DNA of 64,000 nt from Macrostomum lignano (taxonomy: Eukaryota), in assembly GCA_002269645.1 (NCBI GenBank), contig NIVC01003764.1, forward strand, positions 14,001-78,000, in the 5' to 3' direction. Below are positions 60,835 to 64,000 of the stretch, one piece after another. Each line of letters opens with the position of its first letter. Position 1 is the stretch's first letter. The translations under genes were made by a program, and so were the position numbers. The notes under the pieces were generated by a model. The model was not told the origin of the DNA. It saw nothing but the letters and a program-made list of their open reading frames with translations, and made no database searches.

Positions 60835-62304
60835 CAGACACCTCCCTAGCGACTAGCACTGCATTCAACTCCCAGTTTGCTCTGACAGACAAGCCTTTAG
60901 TGAACGGAGCCGCTGCCCCCTCTGTTGAATCCTCTCTCTCTCTTCTCCTCTCCTCCCCTCGCGGCGGGAAGGCAAACAGAAATGCGGGATAGAATTTCTG
61001 GTAAGGGCGCTGCATTTTGCCCACGGTCTGCTGGCAGAGCGCCTTCTCCTATACAGCCCTGGCTCCCTCTTCTCTGCAAGCGCATTTTAATTCAGCTATA
61101 AAAAATTAATGACTCCCAAGCATGCTGAGCGTCAGATTTGCATCTGTCAAACATGCAATCATATCGTGTGCAGCATTTGGAGTGAGTTATTTCAACGCGT
61201 AAACTTTTTTCTACGGTTTCCATGACGACGAATGCAGCAGCAGAGAATCTGGGAGAGTCTGAGTTGGATGCAGACTAGGGGTTCCTGTTGGCGGGGGAGA
61301 CAGGTGCACTGAAACACCGTTCACATTAACTATTCGCATCTACTTGTGCCATCTTCACGTGTTGTTAAGACAAAAAACTTTTTTCCATTTCCTCGTTGAC
61401 CCAGTGATGCTTTGCTTTGAGCATTATCGAGTTCAGTTCCGCCAAAGAGAAATGCACAGATTAAACTCTGCAACAATTTAACGATTGACTTTTCGGCACA
61501 GAGCCTTTAATCTTGACAATTTAATTTAGATTTATTTTTGTCTTGGCCTTCATAAATCAAACTTTATTTTTTTTTATAACAAAACTGTAATCTTGAGCCA
61601 AATCGCTGATCTTACTTTTCTGTCTGCAATTTTACACTTTGATTGCTCTTCTCCAGCTCGTGTGCCTTAGATACTACTTTCAGCGCTCTTTCGAGCATGA
61701 TTTTTTTTCAAAAGAAGCTTGAGGAGCCTTGAATCGTATATTTACTACTTATAATATATTTCAATAGATATGGTCATTGATCTTGTGTGATCAGAGCGTC
61801 GTTTTTGCTATGAACTGAATATACTAAACAGTCATGCTTATTCACTGAAATACAACGTTGGGCCATGAAAAGCCTATTGCGTTAGTCTCTGTTAATTAAA
61901 GACCAGTCAAAGAGTTTTAAGAGACTGGGTAGGGTCTAAAAAATACTCTTCACAAGTAGCAACGTCGCCATAGGCACCAAATTGGACAATTTAAAAGCCC
62001 AAACTGCACACACAGTAAGCCACACTATGGAAATAAGATTGAATGAACGCTTTGTGTGCACTTAGCCTACTGAGAGACTACAGACCCTGTAGACTCTCGT
62101 CTCTACCCCCATCTCTTGGCAAACACGCGGCTGCTTAGAGAGACACGCCTTTTGTGGCCAAATGCTCTACTGTGCAGGTGAGCGGGGGAGAGACAGGAGG
62201 AGACAGCAATGCATTAAAGAAGAACGGCGCAATAGCCAACTGGCAAATGCCACTCACTGGCTACCGCGTCTTTGGAGAGCAAGCTCAGGCCAACAGTAGC
62301 AACA

Positions 62305-63590
62305 ATGTCTGTGAGTAAATTATCCAATTTTCGAAACTATAAATCATAAATCATAAATAAACTATAAATCAAACTATGAAACTATGCATCGGCATATAAG
62401 TATATAAATATTAAATTCTTAAGCATAATTGGATCATAATTAATAATCTCAGCTAAAATAGACACGCTTGTACAGATGCTTAGGGGCCGTAGCAACTCAG
62501 AGCTCGGCCAATCTCCCAGGCTTAAAGCATGGGAGGACATAAGGGGGACAGAGCAAAAATGAACATGTAAATTATTTCAAGACAAATAGTGTTGTTGGTA
62601 CTCATTTTGGCGCCACAGGCACTCATTTTTGCGCCTCAAGCAGGCACTCATTTTGGCGCCTCAAGAAGGCACTCATTTTGGCGCCTCAAGCAGGCACTCA
62701 TTTTGGCGCCTCAAGAAGGCACTCATTTTGGCGCCTCAAGCAGGCACTCATTTTGGCGCCGCAGGCAGGCACTCATTTTGGCGCCTCAAGAAGGCACTCA
62801 TTTTGGCGCCTCAAGCAGGCACTCATTTTGGCGCCTCAAGCAGGCACTCATTTTGGCGCCGCAGGCAGGCACTCATTTTGGCGCCTCAAGCAGGCACTCA
62901 TTTTGGCGCCGCAGGAAAGCACTCATTTTGGCGCCTCAAGAAGGCACTCATTTTGGCGCCTCAAGCAGGCACTCATTTTGGCGCCGCAGGCAGGCACTCA
63001 TTTTGGCGCCTCAAGAAGGCACTCATTTTGGCGCCTCAAGCAGGCACTCATTTTGGCGCCTCAAGCAGGCACTCATTTTGGCGCCTCAAGCAGGCACTCA
63101 TTTTGGCGCCGCAGGCAGGCACTCAGTTTGGCGCCGCAGGCAGGCCACTCAGTTTGGCGCCGCAAGCAAGGCACTCAGTTTGGCGCCGCAAGCAGGCACT
63201 CAGTTTGGCGCCGCAGGCAGGCACTCAGTTTGGCGCCGCAGGCAGGCTTTCTTGCTCTCAAAACCAAGGAACTTAATTTAAAATTACAGGATGCGGAGGA
63301 GGGCAACGCGGAGGAGGTCCTGGAGCTGACTCTGCAAGAAGAGAAACGTGAGCAATTAACAAAATGATTATCATAACATAAGAATGTTAATCAACAACAC
63401 AGCTACTCAAGCCGATTCCATTCGTTAACCTCTAGTGTTCCGCGAGACCTACAACGCGTTGAGCAAAGGCCGGGGCGACCTGCCGGTCACCTGATCGGCC
63501 AGGCCCTGCGGATGAACAACCAGTGCCCCACCGAGGCTGAGCTACAGAAAATCATCGAGGATCACCGCGATGAGGATGCCGTGGATCCAG
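62305..63590 (+). CDS. 5' part of a second calmodulin-like EF-hand gene (runs off the window); one 1-nt frameshift
   Basis: Exons are 62305-62310 (ATG TCT|gtgagt), 63290-63347 and 63436-63590. They give MSDAEEGNAEEVLELTLQEEKLFRETYNALSKGRGDLPV[fs]LIGQALRMNNQCPTEAELQKIIEDHRDEDAVDPG (compare CaM [22 protein letters not shown]). The third exon is 155 nt where 156 is needed. Confidence 0.7.
62600..63247. repeat. 25-bp minisatellite (CAGGCACTCATTTTGGCGCCTCAAG) in first intron of EF-hand gene 2
   Basis: About 26 copies. Confidence 0.95.
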
Positions 63591-63654
63591 GTAAAGTTCC
63601 TGTGGTTGATTATTGTCAAAACAATCTTAAATCTTAAATGCTCACTTTTTAAAC

Positions 63655-63770
63655 CAAGGGGCCGGCTAACTCCGCCCAGGGCCACATGCGGCCCGTGAGG
63701 CCTCTCTAACCGGCCTTCGGTCCTTTGAAACTTCAAATAGGTTTGTGTCTCTTCTCAGCTCTCTCAGCTC
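63655..63770 (+). mobile_element. hAT-like 5' end fragment
   Basis: CAAGGGGCCGGCTAACTCC...GCGGCCCGTGAGGCCTCTCTAACCGGCC...GGTCCTTTGAAACTTCA...CTTCTCAGCTCTCT; homologous to 38051 and 47880. Confidence 0.6.
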
Positions 63771-64000
63771 TCAGCTCTCTCTCCTCTCCCCTCTCTCGCT
63801 TTCTTCCTCTCCCTCTCCTCTCTCCTCTCCTTTCCCCTCTCTTCTCTCCCCTCTGCTCTCTCCCCTCCTCTCCCTCTCCTTTCTCCTCTGCTCTCTCCCC
63901 TCTCCCCTCTCCCTCTCCTCTCTCCCCTGCTCTCTCCTCTCTCTCCCCTCTCCCTCTCCCCTCTCTCTCCCCTCTCTCTCCCCTCTCCCTTCCCGTCTCC
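63761..64000. repeat. C/T-rich low-complexity tract running off the window
   Basis: CTCTC and CCCCT units. Confidence 0.95.

Overview
This is eukaryotic (animal) genomic DNA, with spliceosomal GT-AG introns, GC-rich poly-Ala/Gln exons and very dense minisatellites. The style suggests a flatworm such as Macrostomum lignano, which is an inference only. I reconstructed nine protein-coding loci by hand: the 3' part of an RlaP/PF10127-like nucleotidyltransferase, an AJM1-like MYND protein, an orphan low-complexity gene, an UNC93A-like MFS protein, two calmodulin/light-chain-like EF-hand paralogs, an H-type ferritin, a FEV/Pet-1-like ETS factor and an ATP11-type P4-ATPase. About 25 tandem-repeat arrays fill most large introns and explain nearly all the long repetitive ORFs in the track. 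Mobile DNA includes a complete hAT-type MITE with an 8-bp TSD and a nested long inverted repeat, three further hAT-like end fragments, and two diverged tRNA-derived SINE copies. Six inferred frameshifts in four genes are each a single missing base, consistent with long-read consensus error or pseudogenisation. The best leads are the intron-containing, bacterial-type RNA-repair nucleotidyltransferase, the nested MITE, a shared GGCGCC core across minisatellites, and a pre-miRNA-like hairpin. Family names are from motif recall and no database search was run.
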